Of a DNA stretch of 64,000 nucleotides, positions 12,547-25,362 are shown in pieces; the stretch's first letter is position 1; every line of letters begins with the position of its first letter. The stretch is from NCBI RefSeq assembly GCF_006345805.1, contig NC_043010.1, positions 33,728,001-33,792,000 of the forward strand, read 5' to 3'. A model generated the notes under the pieces. That model ran no database searches and was not told where the DNA came from. It worked only from the letters and a program-made list of their open reading frames with translations. Source of the stretch: Octopus sinensis (lineage: Eukaryota). A program made the translations under genes and the position numbers.

Positions 12547-13480
12547 CAGTGGTTTTCAACTAGAGACCCATTGGGATTCATACGAGATTTTGTTGTTAAA
12601 ATTTATGGGAAATAAACTGGTTATATTTCTACAAGACACAAAATTCAATATGTTCTAGAATTGTCTATGACATGTTTCAGTTTTTCTAAAATTGAATAAA
12701 ACAATATTGAACACATACGTACTTGTACACGTTGAACAAAATGAATAACAATAATAATAATAATAATAACTACACTCACGGAGTGGTTGGCGTTAGGAAG
12801 GGCATCCAGCTGTAGAAACACTGCCAGATCAGACTGGAGCCTGGTGCAGCCTTCAGGCTTCCCAGACCCCAGTTGAACCGTCCAACCCATGCCAACATGG
12901 AAAACGGACGTTAAACGATGATGATGATGATGATGATATATAGGCGTAGGAGTAGCTGTGTGGTATATAGCTTGCTCACCAACAACATGGTTCCGGGTTC
13001 GGTCCCACTGCATGGCACCTTGGGCAAGTGTCTTCTAGTATAGCCTCAGGTCGACCAAAGCCTTGAGAGTGGAATTGGTAGATGGAAACTGAAAGAAGAC
13101 CGTTGTATATATGTATATATATGTGTGTGTTTGTGTGTCTGTGCTTGTCCCCTCAACATCGCTTGACAACCGATGCTGATGTGTTTACGTCCCCGTAACT
13201 TAGCGGTTCGGCAAAAGAGACCGATAGAATAAGTAATAGGCTTACAAAGAATAAGTTCTGGGATCGATATGCCCGACTAAAGGCGGTGCTCCAGCATGGC
13301 CACAATCAAATGACTGAAACAAGTAAAAGAGTAATTATTATTATACAATTCCTAATAATATTTAATTATAAAAATACAGTAGAATTTTTTAATATATATA
13401 CATTGAATGGCTATGGCAGGGCACCCCAGTAAAATAGGAACCAAAGGGGTCCATAGGCAAAAAATGGTTGGGAGCCACTG
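12547..13480. mobile_element. hAT-like MITE carrying a nested RTE tail (12765-12935) and a family A SINE (12943-13331)
   Basis: Ends cagtggttttcaac / gttgggagccactg; flanks attcaaat / atccagat (8 bp, 2 mismatches); internal sequence matches the copy at ~51740-51998 in the opposite orientation. Confidence 0.7.
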
Positions 13481-13913
13481 ATCCAGATAAACATGCTCCA
13501 TCAAATTATACGCACATACACACACGCACACATATCATGAATGAACATGAAACATCTATAATTAAAGTAGAAGGGGAAAGAGAAAGTGAGTACCACATGG
13601 TATTGAATCCTTACTTCACCATGGGAAGCCAACCATACAACTGCTTTCTCTCTCCTTTGCTATGACACTGTTATATCCACACATAGTTTATAGCTTAATT
13701 ACAATCAATTAATTGTTTAAATTTTAAACTACTTCTGTGAACCAAACAAAAAAAAAATTAGTTGAACAAACATTTGGAAGGGAAGATTTAAAACAAAGAG
13801 GGAACAAAAAATAAGTGATTAGTGGTGGGGAGGAGGTCATGTGATCAAATGGGTAGAGGGTGGAGAAACAAAATAACTGTCCTTTGTTTCAGATTTGTTT
13901 CAATCGCATCTTG

Positions 13914-14117
13914 CTAAGCATCATTACATGCATCCTTTGGTGATAGACAATTTAAGGTGTTTGGTACGACAAACAACTTGCCACTCGGTGTACAGATACA
14001 CAACTTGAATGTCTCGCCTGTAGCATTTACTCCAGGATTCTCAACTTTGATCGGGCGTAGAGTTTTCTTGTTAATTATTATGTTGCCGTTGCTAGCATCA
14101 AATTTCAAGTTACCTTT
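13914..14117 (-). CDS. SGCB: Beta-sarcoglycan, last coding exon (204 nt incl. stop)
   Basis: Acceptor tcttgttttccag; KGNLKFDASNGNIII...FKLCICTPSGKLFVVPNTLNCLSPKDACNDA* carries the four-cysteine sarcoglycan C-terminus (cf. human YKLCMCADGTLF...GCQ...PC). Confidence 0.93.
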   Translation of the reverse strand, partial: KGNLKFDASNGNIIINKKTLRPIKVENPGVNATGETFKLCICTPSGKLFVVPNTLNCLSPKDACNDA

Positions 14118-14370
14118 CTGGAAAACAAGAAATTTAAAAAAAAGAAATCAAAATTTGGATGGTCAATCATGCTTTTTGCTTTTCGTTTTTTTTTTTTAGC
14201 AAAACTGTGTATATGTGTACACAGACTAATGTGTGTGTTTGTATATATAGGGTGTTCATAAATTATCTTTATAATTTCCATCAAGCAGTCCAAATGTGCT
14301 GCATGTGACCAATGGAGCCCATGTGGAAGTGGTCTGACATTTCTAATAGAACTATGTTTGCCTATATATG

Positions 14371-14415
<45 letters not shown>

Positions 14416-14731
14416 AAAGTAAGAAAATGGAGCTATAGCATTAAATGAAAATTTATTATCTGCAAAAATCAAGCATAGTCCCTTACAGCTGTTTCAATTA
14501 AGCCTAAAAGATTAAAGAGCAATTATTAAAATCATTATATTAGGCAAAATCTCTTCAGAGGGATAAAAAAAAGATATACCATTAACTTTTTCATGTGTTG
14601 TAATTTAGAATCATCACAACAGACTGATTTAACCTCTAATTGAATCATCATTATCATCATATATATATACATACACACACACACACACCTCTGTATGTGC
14701 ATGTGTGAGCTTGCTTTTATACACACACATG

Positions 14732-14773
<42 letters not shown>

Positions 14774-15559
14774 GGTGCAGACACAGGCATGGCTCTGTGG
14801 TAAAAAGCTTGCTTCCCAACCACATGGTTCTAGGTTCAGTCCCACTGCATGGCATCTTGGGCAAGTGTCCTATACCTTTTGTTGCTTTGGGTTAACAAAA
14901 GCCTTATGATTTGGTAGACAGAGACTTAAAGAAGCCCATCGTGTGTGTGTTTGAATTTGTACCCCCATCACCACTTGACAACTGGTGTTGATGTGTTTAT
15001 GTCCCCATAACTTAGCAGTTCAGCAAAAGAGACTGATAGAATAAGTACCAGAATTAACAAAAGAAGTACTGGGGTTGATTCATTTGACTAAAAATTCAAG
15101 GCAGTGCCCCAGCATGGTCACAGTCTAATGAATGAAACAGGTAAAAGATAAGATATATATATGTAACTTGTTTCATGACACACACACACACATTATCATC
15201 ATTATTTAACGTCTACCTTCCATGCTGGCATTGGTTAGATGGTTTGACAGAAGCTGGCCAGGCAGGAGGCAGCACCAGTCTTCTGTGTCTGTTTTGGCAG
15301 GATGCCCTTCCTAACACCAACCACCCTGCAGAGTGGACTGAGTGCTTTTTATGTAACACAAGCACAGGTGAGGTCAGTTTTGGCATAGTTTTTACAGCTG
15401 GAGCCCTTCCCAATGCCAACTACTTTACAGTGTGGACTGGATGTTTTTAAGTGGTACCAGCACTGGCAGGGTCACCAAGTAACTTGTAAGACAAAGATCC
15501 TTTGAGAGGGGAGAGGGCATACATATACATACAAACACACACACACACATATATCATCA

Positions 15560-16085
15560 TCATCATCATCGTTTAACGTCTGCTTTCCGTGCTAGCATGG
15601 GTTGGACGGTTCGACCGGGGTCTGGGAAGCCAGGGGGCTGCACCAGGCTCCAGTCTGATCTGGCAGTGTTTCTACAGCTGGATACCCTTCCTAACGCCAA
15701 CCACTCTATGAATGTAGTGGGTGCTTTTTACATGCTACCGGCACAGGTGCCAGGAGAGGCTGGCAACGGCCATGATCGGTTGGTGATTTTTACATGCCAC
15801 CGGCACAGAAGCCAGTCAAGGCAGCGCTGGCATCAGCCACGTTCGAATGGTGCTTTTTACGTGCCACCGGCACAGGTATCACAGCTACAATTTCCATTTG
15901 ATATTTATTTTGATGTTGATGTACTTGACTCAATAGGTCTCCTCAAACACAGCAGGTCATGTGCCACTGGCACAGAAGCCAGTCAAGGTAGTGCTGGCAT
16001 CAGCCACATTCGGATGGTGCTTTTTATGTGCCGCTGGCATCGGCCACATTCGGATGGTGCTTTTTATGTGCCGCTGGCACAGGTA
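15560..16085 (-). mobile_element. RTE 3'UTR/tail fragment; other copies at ~2824-2965, 3690-3920, 15190-15470, 24620-24890, 59283-59614
   Basis: Recurrent (CAT)n-cgtttaacgtccg...ccatgctagcatgggttggacgg...gatgcccttcctaacgccaaccac, continuous with RTE ORF2 at 1-1190 and 60825-62700. Confidence 0.85.
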
Positions 16086-16346
16086 TATATATATATATAT
16101 ATATAGCTGTGTGTATGTAAACACATGCACACCCACACATATAAAGATATTTATATTATTATGGTTATTTGTTCAAGCAGCCTTGTATGGGAAAGCTTTA
16201 TCCCAAAGTGAATTAAACCAAACATACCAACAGAATATTTACAGTTCTAGCTAGTTTATTTATACAGATTATGTCATTCATTTATTTGAAGATGACAAAT
16301 TGGAAGTAACAATAACAAACCACTTTTGCAGATGAAAATACTTTAC

Positions 16347-16490
16347 CTTGGTATTCAAGGAGATTCCTTTGCTGGCTTGGATATTGATTTTGTTGATGTT
16401 TTCTTCTGTACTTACACCTGCATCACCTTTTACGTCAACTCTGGAGAAAGATTCGAAAACAATGTCGTTCCACTTTGTTCGACTTTTTAT
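16347..16490 (-). CDS. SGCB: Beta-sarcoglycan internal exon (144 nt, phase 0-0)
   Basis: aaacag|ATAAAA...ACCAAG|gtaaag; IKSRTKWNDIVFESFSRVDVKGDAGVS... aligns with human ITSNATSDLNIKVDGRAIVRGNEGVF. Confidence 0.9.
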
Positions 16491-17833
16491 CTGTTTGACA
16501 TGACCAAGAGAGAGAGAGTGATAAACAAAAATAAAAAAAAGAGGGAGAAAATGGTAATGGACAATTTCAGTGATTTTAGCACAAATTATAAGCACTATTA
16601 TAAGCACAAATTTGCGACAAACAATAAAAACAGCCCTACCAAATGGACTCTTGTCATATATTTCTTGCTTGATATTCCAACTATGATCCATGATCATCTT
16701 ATCTTTTTCCTGTATGCAAGGAACATAGAACTATACTATCAAATACGTTCATTTCTAAGATGACAGGGTGTGATTGGAGAGAGATTTGACTGCTATTTCT
16801 AGCATAATAATCAACCCCAAAGTAGTAATGATGAGTGACTGTGCATTCAATCTATAATAATGAAATCTTTGTTTTCTTGTTTAATACCTTGGTATTTAAG
16901 CCAGACATTTCCAACCCAAATATTCTACCCGTTTTATGTTCAAATTGGGCTAGATCTCGCTTCTCACACCTACCCTAAAATGTCATTCAAAAAATATACA
17001 ATCACATCACCAAAATCTCAAAGCCACAAGGTAATACATAATTCAAAGCAATGTGAAAAAATAAAAATTACGTTTGACAAAGTAAACTGAATGCTGAAGG
17101 ATGAAGACTCTGTATGTCCAGGACTACATTGTCTTGTTACTCCTTCTTTCTATTTTAACTAATTAACATTTAAATCAACCATATCTGGCCTAAATATTGT
17201 GCTTATGTTCAAACAAGCCAGATCCGGTCTCTCACATCTACCCTAAAATGTCATTCTATAATCAACTACCCACCAGTTGTGAGTGATGTCACTTCGTATT
17301 CTCACATATAAAACATATCTTTTTTTGTTGTCTGTCATACATGATTGTAATGTGTTAAAGTTCATCTGACATAACAAGGTTAGTTCAGCTTACATACTCT
17401 GTCTTTGTCCTATGATTATGACTCAACACTGGGAAAGCTTTTTAGTTATAAGTACATAACTCCAAAAGGAGACCATTCACCTGATTAGCAAAGAGTAACA
17501 CACCAATATATCAAAAACACTCTCTCTCTCTGCTTGTGCTGCTCCTACGACAATACCCTCTGGTTCTCAGTGCTAATTACTTATGTACCCTCTCCATTCT
17601 GGTTTACCAGACAAATTCACTTTCCTTCTTTATAATCAATTTTCCAGAATGATAAAATTCTTTCTCCTTGGGACATCTGTTTTTTCCTTTAGATGTCAAT
17701 ACTTATAGATGTTCAAACTGAACATCCAGCATATCAATATCCCATACCTTAGTCCTGGAGGTTTGTCAAACCAAGGGCACTGCCCTTTCTACCTAGCTAA
17801 GTCTTTAAAAAAGGGAGAAAAAAAAAGAAAAAC

Positions 17834-18610
17834 AGTGGTTGTGTGGTAAGTAGCTTGCTTACCAACCACATGGTCCCGGGTTCAGTCCCACAGTGTAGCA
17901 CCTTCAGACAGGGTCTTCTACTATAGCCTCAGGCCAACCAAAGCCTTGTGAGTGGATTTGGTAGATGGAAACTAAAAGAAGCCCGTCGTATATATGCATG
18001 TGTGTATGTATGTGTGTGTGTGTATGTTTGTGTGTCCATGTTTGTCCCCCCCAACATCGCTTGACAACTGATGGTGGTGTGTTTACGTTCCTGTAACTTA
18101 GCGGTTCAGCAAATGAGACCAATAGAATAAGTAATAGGCTTACAAAGAATGAGTCCTGGGGTCGATTTGCTCGACTAAAGGCAGTGCTCCAGCATGGCTG
18201 TAGTCAAATGACTGAAACAAGTAAAAGAGTAAAGAGAGTACAAAACATTCATTCTTATCTTGTCTTTACTTTTCTTTTATTCAGTTCAGTCATTAGACTG
18301 CGACCATGCTGGAACACTACTTAGAAGAATTTTATCTGAATGAATCAACCTCAGTACTTTTTGTCAAACCGCTAAGTAATAGCGTCATACAGAAACCAAC
18401 ACCAGTTGTCAGGCACTGGTTGGGGACATAAACACACACAATCACATACACACATATACATGACATGCTTCTTCAGTTTGTCTACTAAATTCACTCACAA
18501 GGCTTTGGTTAGCCTCAGGCTATAGAAGAAGACACATGTTAAAGGTGTCATACGGTGGGACCGAACCCAGAACCATGTGGCTGGGAAGCAAGTTTCTTAC
18601 CACACACCCA
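17834..18610. mobile_element. Tail-to-tail pair of family A SINEs (17834-18238 plus, ~18262-18610 minus)
   Basis: Family A sequence in opposite orientations about 25 bp apart, inside an SGCB intron. Confidence 0.85.
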
Positions 18611-19296
18611 TACTACTACAGAAATAAGCATTAAACAAACCAATATCCCCCACAGAAAAAAAAGAAAGAACTAGCTCAATCATCATTCTTCAATGAAGAT
18701 ATAATTGTAATTTCTCATTTGTTTCTAACACTAATTTTCCAGTTTTTCTGTTTCTAATTTATGATATTATACTTGACAGAATCAATAGAATGCCAGACAA
18801 AATGCCTTATTGTATTTGATTTTAGATCTTGTGGGGTCAACTTTGCCTGTCATCCTTCTAGGTTCAAAAAATATATATGCAAACCAAATACTGGAGTTTA
18901 TATAATCAACTAATGCCTTGCAAGGGTAAAGGATCAAGTGTAAAGATTCATGGCTCAATGGCTAGAGTGTCAGGCTCACAATAATGAGGTAGTGAGTTCA
19001 ATTCCTAAACCAGGCTGTGTGTTGTGTTCTTGAGCAAGACCCTTTATTTCATGTTGCTCCAGGTCACTCAGCTGTAGAAATAAGTTGTGACATCACTGGT
19101 ACCAAGCTGTGTCAGCCTTTGCCTTTCTCTTGGATAACATCAGTGGTGTGGAGAGGGGAAGCTGGTATGCATGGGCGACTGCTCGTCTTCAATAAACAAC
19201 CTTACCTAGACTTGCACTTCAGAGGGAACTTTCTAGGTGCAATCCCAAAGCCATTCATGACCTTGCCAAAAATTTGTGCCTATGACAGAGACAATT

Positions 19297-19653
19297 ATTA
19301 CCTCCACCTTAGTGAAGGCAGAGGTATTGTTTTCAGTCATGTTTGTTTGAATGTTTGACTGTGGACAAGATATCTCAAAAACTGCTGGACAGATTTGGAT
19401 GAAACTTTCAGAGAGGTTTGGCTTTGTGACTGGCATGAACTGATTAGATTTTTGGATCGATCTGGTTCCAGACAAGGATTCTGGATTATTTTTCCATTTT
19501 TTAAACTTAATTTTTGAGAGTGATCAGGTTCATTTTTTGTATCCTCATTTATGAGAGCAGTTGAGTTTATTTCAGATATTCTTATTTTAAAAATGATCTC
19601 CGGTTGAGAGGATGTTGATGTTGTCTTGGCAGAGGTTTGCACTCTCTGAGTGC

Positions 19654-19655
<2 letters not shown>
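19297..19655 (+). mobile_element. Helentron/DINE-1-like non-autonomous element
   Basis: 5' ttattacctccacc..ggcagaggt with a short inverted repeat; 3' ggcagaggttt plus the hairpin gcactc-tct-gagtgc; lies in TA-rich sequence. Confidence 0.5.
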
Positions 19656-19684
<29 letters not shown>

Positions 19685-19925
19685 GAGTGAGAGAGCAGTG
19701 CATGCCATCAAAGTGGCACTGAGGTAAAATATACAAAGCCCAGTATACCCATCATGACTACCTGTCTGATAAGGGTACACCAGACACATGCATCACAACC
19801 ATATGTGTGCAACATGGTGATCTAATATCAAGATAAACAGCGCATGACTTTGCAGGTGGGGCCCAGTTAGAATTTTCTTCAGGTTGAGTAGCTCAAAAGG
19901 TCCCTGAATAAGGATTGTTTAACGA
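19656..19925 (-). mobile_element. 3' end of a non-LTR element ending in (TAA)n, possibly R4/Dong-like
   Basis: Unique GC-richer segment fused to an (ATT)n tract; the family assignment rests only on the known (TAA)n targeting of Dong-like elements. Confidence 0.35.
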
Positions 19926-20236
19926 ACCACCCATGTAGCAAAAATGAAAGGCATAATAAGAACCTTTATATTGTGTGCTCTTAATCAACTTTACTAACAA
20001 ATCTGTTGTTCTGACAGCTTATTCTACCATAGGATGGTTTAACAGCAGGAAAAGGTTAATGATACCCAACAGCCTAATCATAGAATTAGTTCCTTTTTCA
20101 TTATGCAAATATTTCAAAATTACAAAAACAAGTAAGCCTATTCATGTTGTTATAGAAACAGATGTACAACAGTAAAATAAAAATTAGGGAAAAAAGGAAA
20201 CAACAACAATACAATGGCATTAGGAAATACACTTAC

Positions 20237-20394
20237 ATAGGTAGTTTCTATGGCATTGGTTTGGAGATTTTGTGGCATTTTGGGAAATGACCATTCTTTG
20301 TTTGGATCAGTTGAAAAGACAAGTTTACTAGTGTCAGCATCAATAACATCAAAAGCATCAGTGGTGAACAAGCTTTGGGTCTCATTGACAGACA
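20237..20394 (-). CDS. SGCB: Beta-sarcoglycan internal exon (158 nt, phase 1-0)
   Basis: ttcttccttcaag|TGTCTG...ACCTAT|gtaagt; SVNETQSLFTTDAFDVIDADTSKLVFSTDPNKEWSFP matches human SVENNKTSITSDIGMQFFDPRTQNILFSTDYETHEFHLP. Confidence 0.93.
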
Positions 20395-20455
20395 CTTGAA
20401 GGAAGAAAAAAAAAGGAGGAGAAAGCAATGAATAATAATAATAATAATGATGATG

Positions 20456-20518
<63 letters not shown>

Positions 20519-21165
20519 TTTTCTACTATAGGCACAAGGCCTGCAATTTTGGTGGAAGGGAGATAATCGATTACATCCAATGCCTGTACTTAATTCATCG
20601 ACCCCGAAAAGATGAAAGGCAAAGTTGACCTCAGCAGAGTTTGAACTCTGAGCATAAAGACGAACGAAGGACACAGAAAGTGTGTCAATAGCCAGCTGGA
20701 GGAGGTGTCTTGCTGGGGCTACAAACTACAGTAGTATCCACCCTTAAGGGTTAGCTACATTTAAGTGACAAATATACTTCACGATGTCGTGCAGCTGCTG
20801 TTCATGCCTCACTCAGAGATTTATTATATTAAGCAACACTAATAATAAATCAACAAACCGTAAAAATATACAAGCTTATGACAGTTTTATAGATATTTCA
20901 AAATTATGATGCTATGATTCAAGGTGTTTCCATTATTCTGTCCAACCTCTGTATGTGTGTCGTTGGTGTGTATCATATGATAGATTTCAGTGAGTGTTAC
21001 TGTCATACAAGCAGTGGTATTCATTTCCAATATTCTGCAAAAAATATGTCTGGCCTTACTTGGAAACAAGAGAGGATTAGTGACAGGAATGGGCATCTGG
21101 CCATAAAAACCTTGCCTCAATAAACTTTGAGCAACTCACGCAATCAGGAAAAGTTGGATGTTGAA

Positions 21166-21197
<32 letters not shown>

Positions 21198-21633
21198 GAG
21201 TCACTGTTATAAATTTGTATATTTACACTGCACTTGAAGTTAGAGATCTCTCCTCTACATATTGCTAACAATTGAATAATGAACCAAGGGCAGAGCTTGT
21301 TATCCAGCTTGACTGCAATAAGTAAAATTCTGTGATTTGCCCAGTGCCTGTAATAAAAAGGCATGTTCCTTCCTCCTCTTCCTACTACTACTACTACTAT
21401 TATTACTGCTGCTCCTGCTGCTACAGCCACTTCTACATTGTCTTTTTAGTCAGGTAGAGTTTTATATATTGTCTAAGTACTGATGTCTTCACAATTAATA
21501 GTTCCGCATTTTTACCTCACAGCCATTGTATACCACAATCATGTATGTGACAAAATAAGTTAATATGTTATATTATTTGATGAGTAAATGAGGCTTATAT
21601 CTTCAGAAATGTGTGAAATGTTTAATTACTTAC

Positions 21634-21664
21634 ACATCGAAGATCCTGGAGAGCCAATATTGAT
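21634..21664 (-). CDS. SGCB: Beta-sarcoglycan 31-nt microexon (phase 0-1)
   Basis: ttttctgttctccag|ATCAATATTGGCTCTCCAGGATCTTCGATGT|gtaagt; supplies exactly the phase change needed between its neighbours and reads INIGSPGSSM-L, aligning with human IVFQQGTTKL. Confidence 0.88.
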
Positions 21665-22249
21665 CTGGAGAACAGAAAAGTGAAAACGAAATAGTTAAAA
21701 ATCCTTTAGTAAATAAAAATTCTTAGAAACATAACAAAATCAAGTGTCAGTCTTTGACAAGAAGAAATTCTTGTATAGAATTTGACAAAAAATTACATGA
21801 ATACAACAAAGACCAAATGCCATCAAAGAAGTGGTCATGTTCACTAGGTAGGGAACATAAGTGAAGATTTGATACTGTGTTCTCACAGTAAATAATTGGT
21901 GCACAGAATATATAATACCTTGAATAGCATATGAACAGGACATCATAAATAAACACATTGGCAGAATAGAAAAACAGATTACAAGAACAAAAGAATAAAG
22001 GGATGTCAAAATACACAAGTTAACAAAATAGTAAAATGCCTGGATATACAAAATAGAAGAATGGGATACAAAAATAATATTAAGCTGGAAAAAGTTTTGC
22101 TGCATTTTTGAAATGATCACTTTTGTGAATACTTTTTCAATACTTTAGGGTAAAAAAAGCATTAAATTATACATTGTCATGTTTTTTGTTTTGTTTTTTT
22201 TGGTGGTGGGGTCCCTTTTTTTAAATTTACACAAAATGGTGTATTTAAG

Positions 22250-23720
22250 CACAACGTTGTATTTGAATTCATATCAATCTTACCCTTTTAAATTGAGTTT
22301 AGATCAGACCTGCATCAGATGCTGCATGCCATATGAATTCAAAAGCTCTTACAGCAATGGAAATGGCAAGAAATATTCATTTTGTCAATGAAGTTTTATG
22401 TGCCCAGTGCTGCCAATGATGGCTTGGCCAGTTTCACTTAGGAAATTTTTATCTCACAGATTCCCCTCAATCTGGACAACCAAGTTCTGTTGATACTAAA
22501 ATTCTGAAAACTATTGAAGAAAATCCAAAGCAGACTGCACATGAATTAGCAAAACAGTCCAATTCAAGTAACGCTTCATTTATAAAACACCTTCATGAAC
22601 AAGGAAAAGTACCAAAACTTGGCCTGTGGGTCCCTCATTATCTGACTACTTCTCAGTTTAATTACAGACTTGCAGAGGAGACATGCTACAAAACAGTTCC
22701 TGGGTAGAAGCATTACAAGTGATGAAAAGTGGAGTCTCTATAACAATATCCAAGGAAAATGACAATGGTTAGCACCTCCCCCCTCCACACACACAAAAGA
22801 ACCCATCCCCAAACCAGGACTACATCCCAAAATGGTTATGCCCTAGGTTTTTTGGGATATGAAGAGGGTCATCTATCATGAAGTGCTAATGCAAAGTGAA
22901 ACAGTTAATGCAGAGAAGTATTGTCATCATTTGGAAACACTGCACAAAAATTTGCAGGAAAAGCACCCATCATTGGTCAGTCATAAAGGAGTGTTGCTCT
23001 TACACGATAATGAAAGACCACATATTGACCAATTCATTCAGGAAAATATTATGGCACTAAATATGGAAGTTTTGCCTCATCCTCCTTACTTTCCTGGCAT
23101 TGATCCATCTAACTAATATCTTTCCAGATCATTGCAGCATTATTTTGAAGGAAAACAGTTTGGTAACTGTGAAAAAGAGGTTAAAAATGATGTTCAATGT
23201 TTTGTTGCTTTAAAACCTGAGGCGTAGGAGTGGCTGTGTGGTAAGTAGCTTGCTTACGAAACACATGGTTCCGGGTTCAGTCCCACTGCGTGGCACCTTG
23301 GGCAAGTGTCTTCCACTATAGCCTCGGGTTGACCAAAGCTTTGTCAGTGGATTTGGTAGACAGAAACTGAAAGAAACCCGTCATATATATGTATATATAT
23401 ATGCATGTGTGTGTATATGTTTGTGTGTTTGTCCCCCACAACATCGCTTGACAAATGATGCTGGTGTGTTTATGTCCCCGTAACTTTGTGGTTCGGCAAA
23501 AGAGACTGATAGAATAAGTACTAGGCTTACAAAGAATAAGTCCTGGGGTCGATTTGCTCGACTAAAGGCAGTGCTCCAGCATGGCCACAGTCAAATGACT
23601 GAAACAAGTAAAAGAGTAAAGAGTAAATGGATCAAAATTTACCAAATCGATAGAATTATGTTATCAATATTAAAGGGAAATATAATCTTGATCAAAAATA
23701 TCAATCGAAGCCAAAGAAAC
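22250..23720 (+). mobile_element. Decayed mariner (DD34D) element interrupted by a family A SINE at 23221-23624
   Basis: Motifs RCCMPYEF, ITSDEKW, LLLHDNERPH, LPHPPYFPGIDPSN; the transposase C-terminus resumes after the SINE. Confidence 0.85.
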
Positions 23721-24015
23721 ATTTCTTTCATAGAACAGAATCCAAACAGAATAACAGAATAATGGAAGTATTCTGATAGTAGAATATTAGATTATCAGAA
23801 TACAGGTATCATATTCATCATAATTTTGATGTTGCCATGGTACAGAGGATAAAAGTGTTGAAACTCTGCATAATATGGAAGTTACAAGAACAGTTGCATA
23901 AGGTTGACATATACACACATATGCTTCCGATGATAAACAGAAAAGATCAAATCATTTAATACCAGGTAATATCCATGTTTTGAAGGACAACAAATTAAAC
24001 CGAAAGTCCACTTAC

Positions 24016-24201
24016 CACAGACTGATCAGCTGTGAAATTCATTCCACTCCACATCCGGCTGCCCAGTTGTCCACCTATCAGGGTAATGTTTGGTAAGACA
24101 CTATTCACAATAAACCGTAGTAATTCCCCTCCAGGGATAAATTCAAGTGACTGCAGTCCAAACGGGGTCAGTTTTAGTACAGACATTAGCAAACCAGTTA
24201 C
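24016..24201 (-). CDS. SGCB: Beta-sarcoglycan internal exon (186 nt, phase 0-0)
   Basis: ctgtattgcag|GTAACT...TCTGTG|gtaagt; VTGLLMSVLKLTPFGLQSLEFIPGGELLRF matches human ITLVIWAVIRIGPNGCDSMEFHESGLLRF. Confidence 0.93.
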
Positions 24202-24516
24202 CTGCAATACAGTACAGTAATTAGAACTGATACATAGTTTAGTGGTCAATATAGCTGTCACCTACAGTATAGTGGTCAGCCAGCTATCATATATGGTACA
24301 GTAGTTAATACAGTTATCATTAACAGCAAATTGGTCAATACAGTGCAGGGGTCAATACATGCATCATGACTGCGTAGAAGTAAACTCAGCTATCACCTAC
24401 AATATAGTGCTTCACACAATTGTCACATAAAGTACAGCTGTATCAACATAGCTGTTTTCTGTAGCAGAGTGCTTAAAAGAACTGCCATGAAATATTTGAT
24501 AGAAAAATCAAAGTTA

Positions 24517-24553
<37 letters not shown>

Positions 24554-24578
24554 TCTTTTGTTTATTTTCGTAAACTTT

Positions 24579-24619
<41 letters not shown>

Positions 24620-24890
24620 ACATCATCGTTTAACGTCCGTTTTCCATGCTACCATGGGTTGGACGGTTCGACCGGGGTCTGGAAAGCCAGGAGGCTGCAC
24701 CATGCTCCAGTCTGATCTGGCAGTGTTTCTTCAGCTGGATGCCCTTCCTAATGCCAACCACTCTGTGAGTGTAGTGGGTGCTTTTTACGTGCCACTGGCA
24801 CAGGAGCCAGAGGAGGCTGGCAACGGCCATGATCAGCTGGTGCTTTTTTACGTGCCAGTCAAGGTGGTGCTGGCATCAGCCACGTTCATG

Positions 24891-25296
24891 GCAGAATTAA
24901 TAGTCAAGACTATTTAATCATTTTATCTGATCAAATTCATCCTATGATCAAATTCATTCATGATGATAACGCACCAATTCACACAGCTAAAGTTGTTACT
25001 GAATGGCATGAGGAACATTCTAGTGAAGTTGAACATCTTATCTGGCCACCACAGTCTCTAGATCTCAATATTATTGAACATTTATGGTGCATTTTAGAAA
25101 AACAAGTATGGAGTTGATATCATCCACCATCATCAGTACAAGAACTGGAGACTGTTTTAGCTGAAGAATGGACAAAAATTCCTTTGGAAACAATTCAAAC
25201 TTTGTATGAGTCCATACCTCATAGAATTCAAGCTGTAATTACTACCAAAGCAATCCTACCCCATTATTATATTTCCATTATTTTGTCCAACCCCTG
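24891..25296 (+). mobile_element. Tc1-like transposase 3' fragment with right TIR
   Basis: DNAPIHTAK...WPPQSLDLNIIEHLW...EEWTKIPLETIQTLYESIPHRIQAVI; TIR ccattattttgtccaacccctg-TA; same family as 59624-60824. Confidence 0.85.
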
Positions 25297-25298
25297 TA

Positions 25299-25362
<64 letters not shown>

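Noticed and set aside
15597-16106. 169-aa ORF
   Set aside because: Antisense reading of the RTE 3'UTR repeat.
16639-16709. Apparent extra SGCB exon EKDKMIMDHSWNIKQEIYDKSPF
   Set aside because: Its phase-1 end puts a stop in the next exon, it has no sarcoglycan homology, and the flanking exons already join in frame.
20150-20674. Poly-Tyr/Ile/Asn ORFs and the many YIYI/CVCV/HTHT ORFs across the window
   Set aside because: They are translations of (AAT)n, (TA)n and (CA)n microsatellites; only 20237-20394 here is a real exon.
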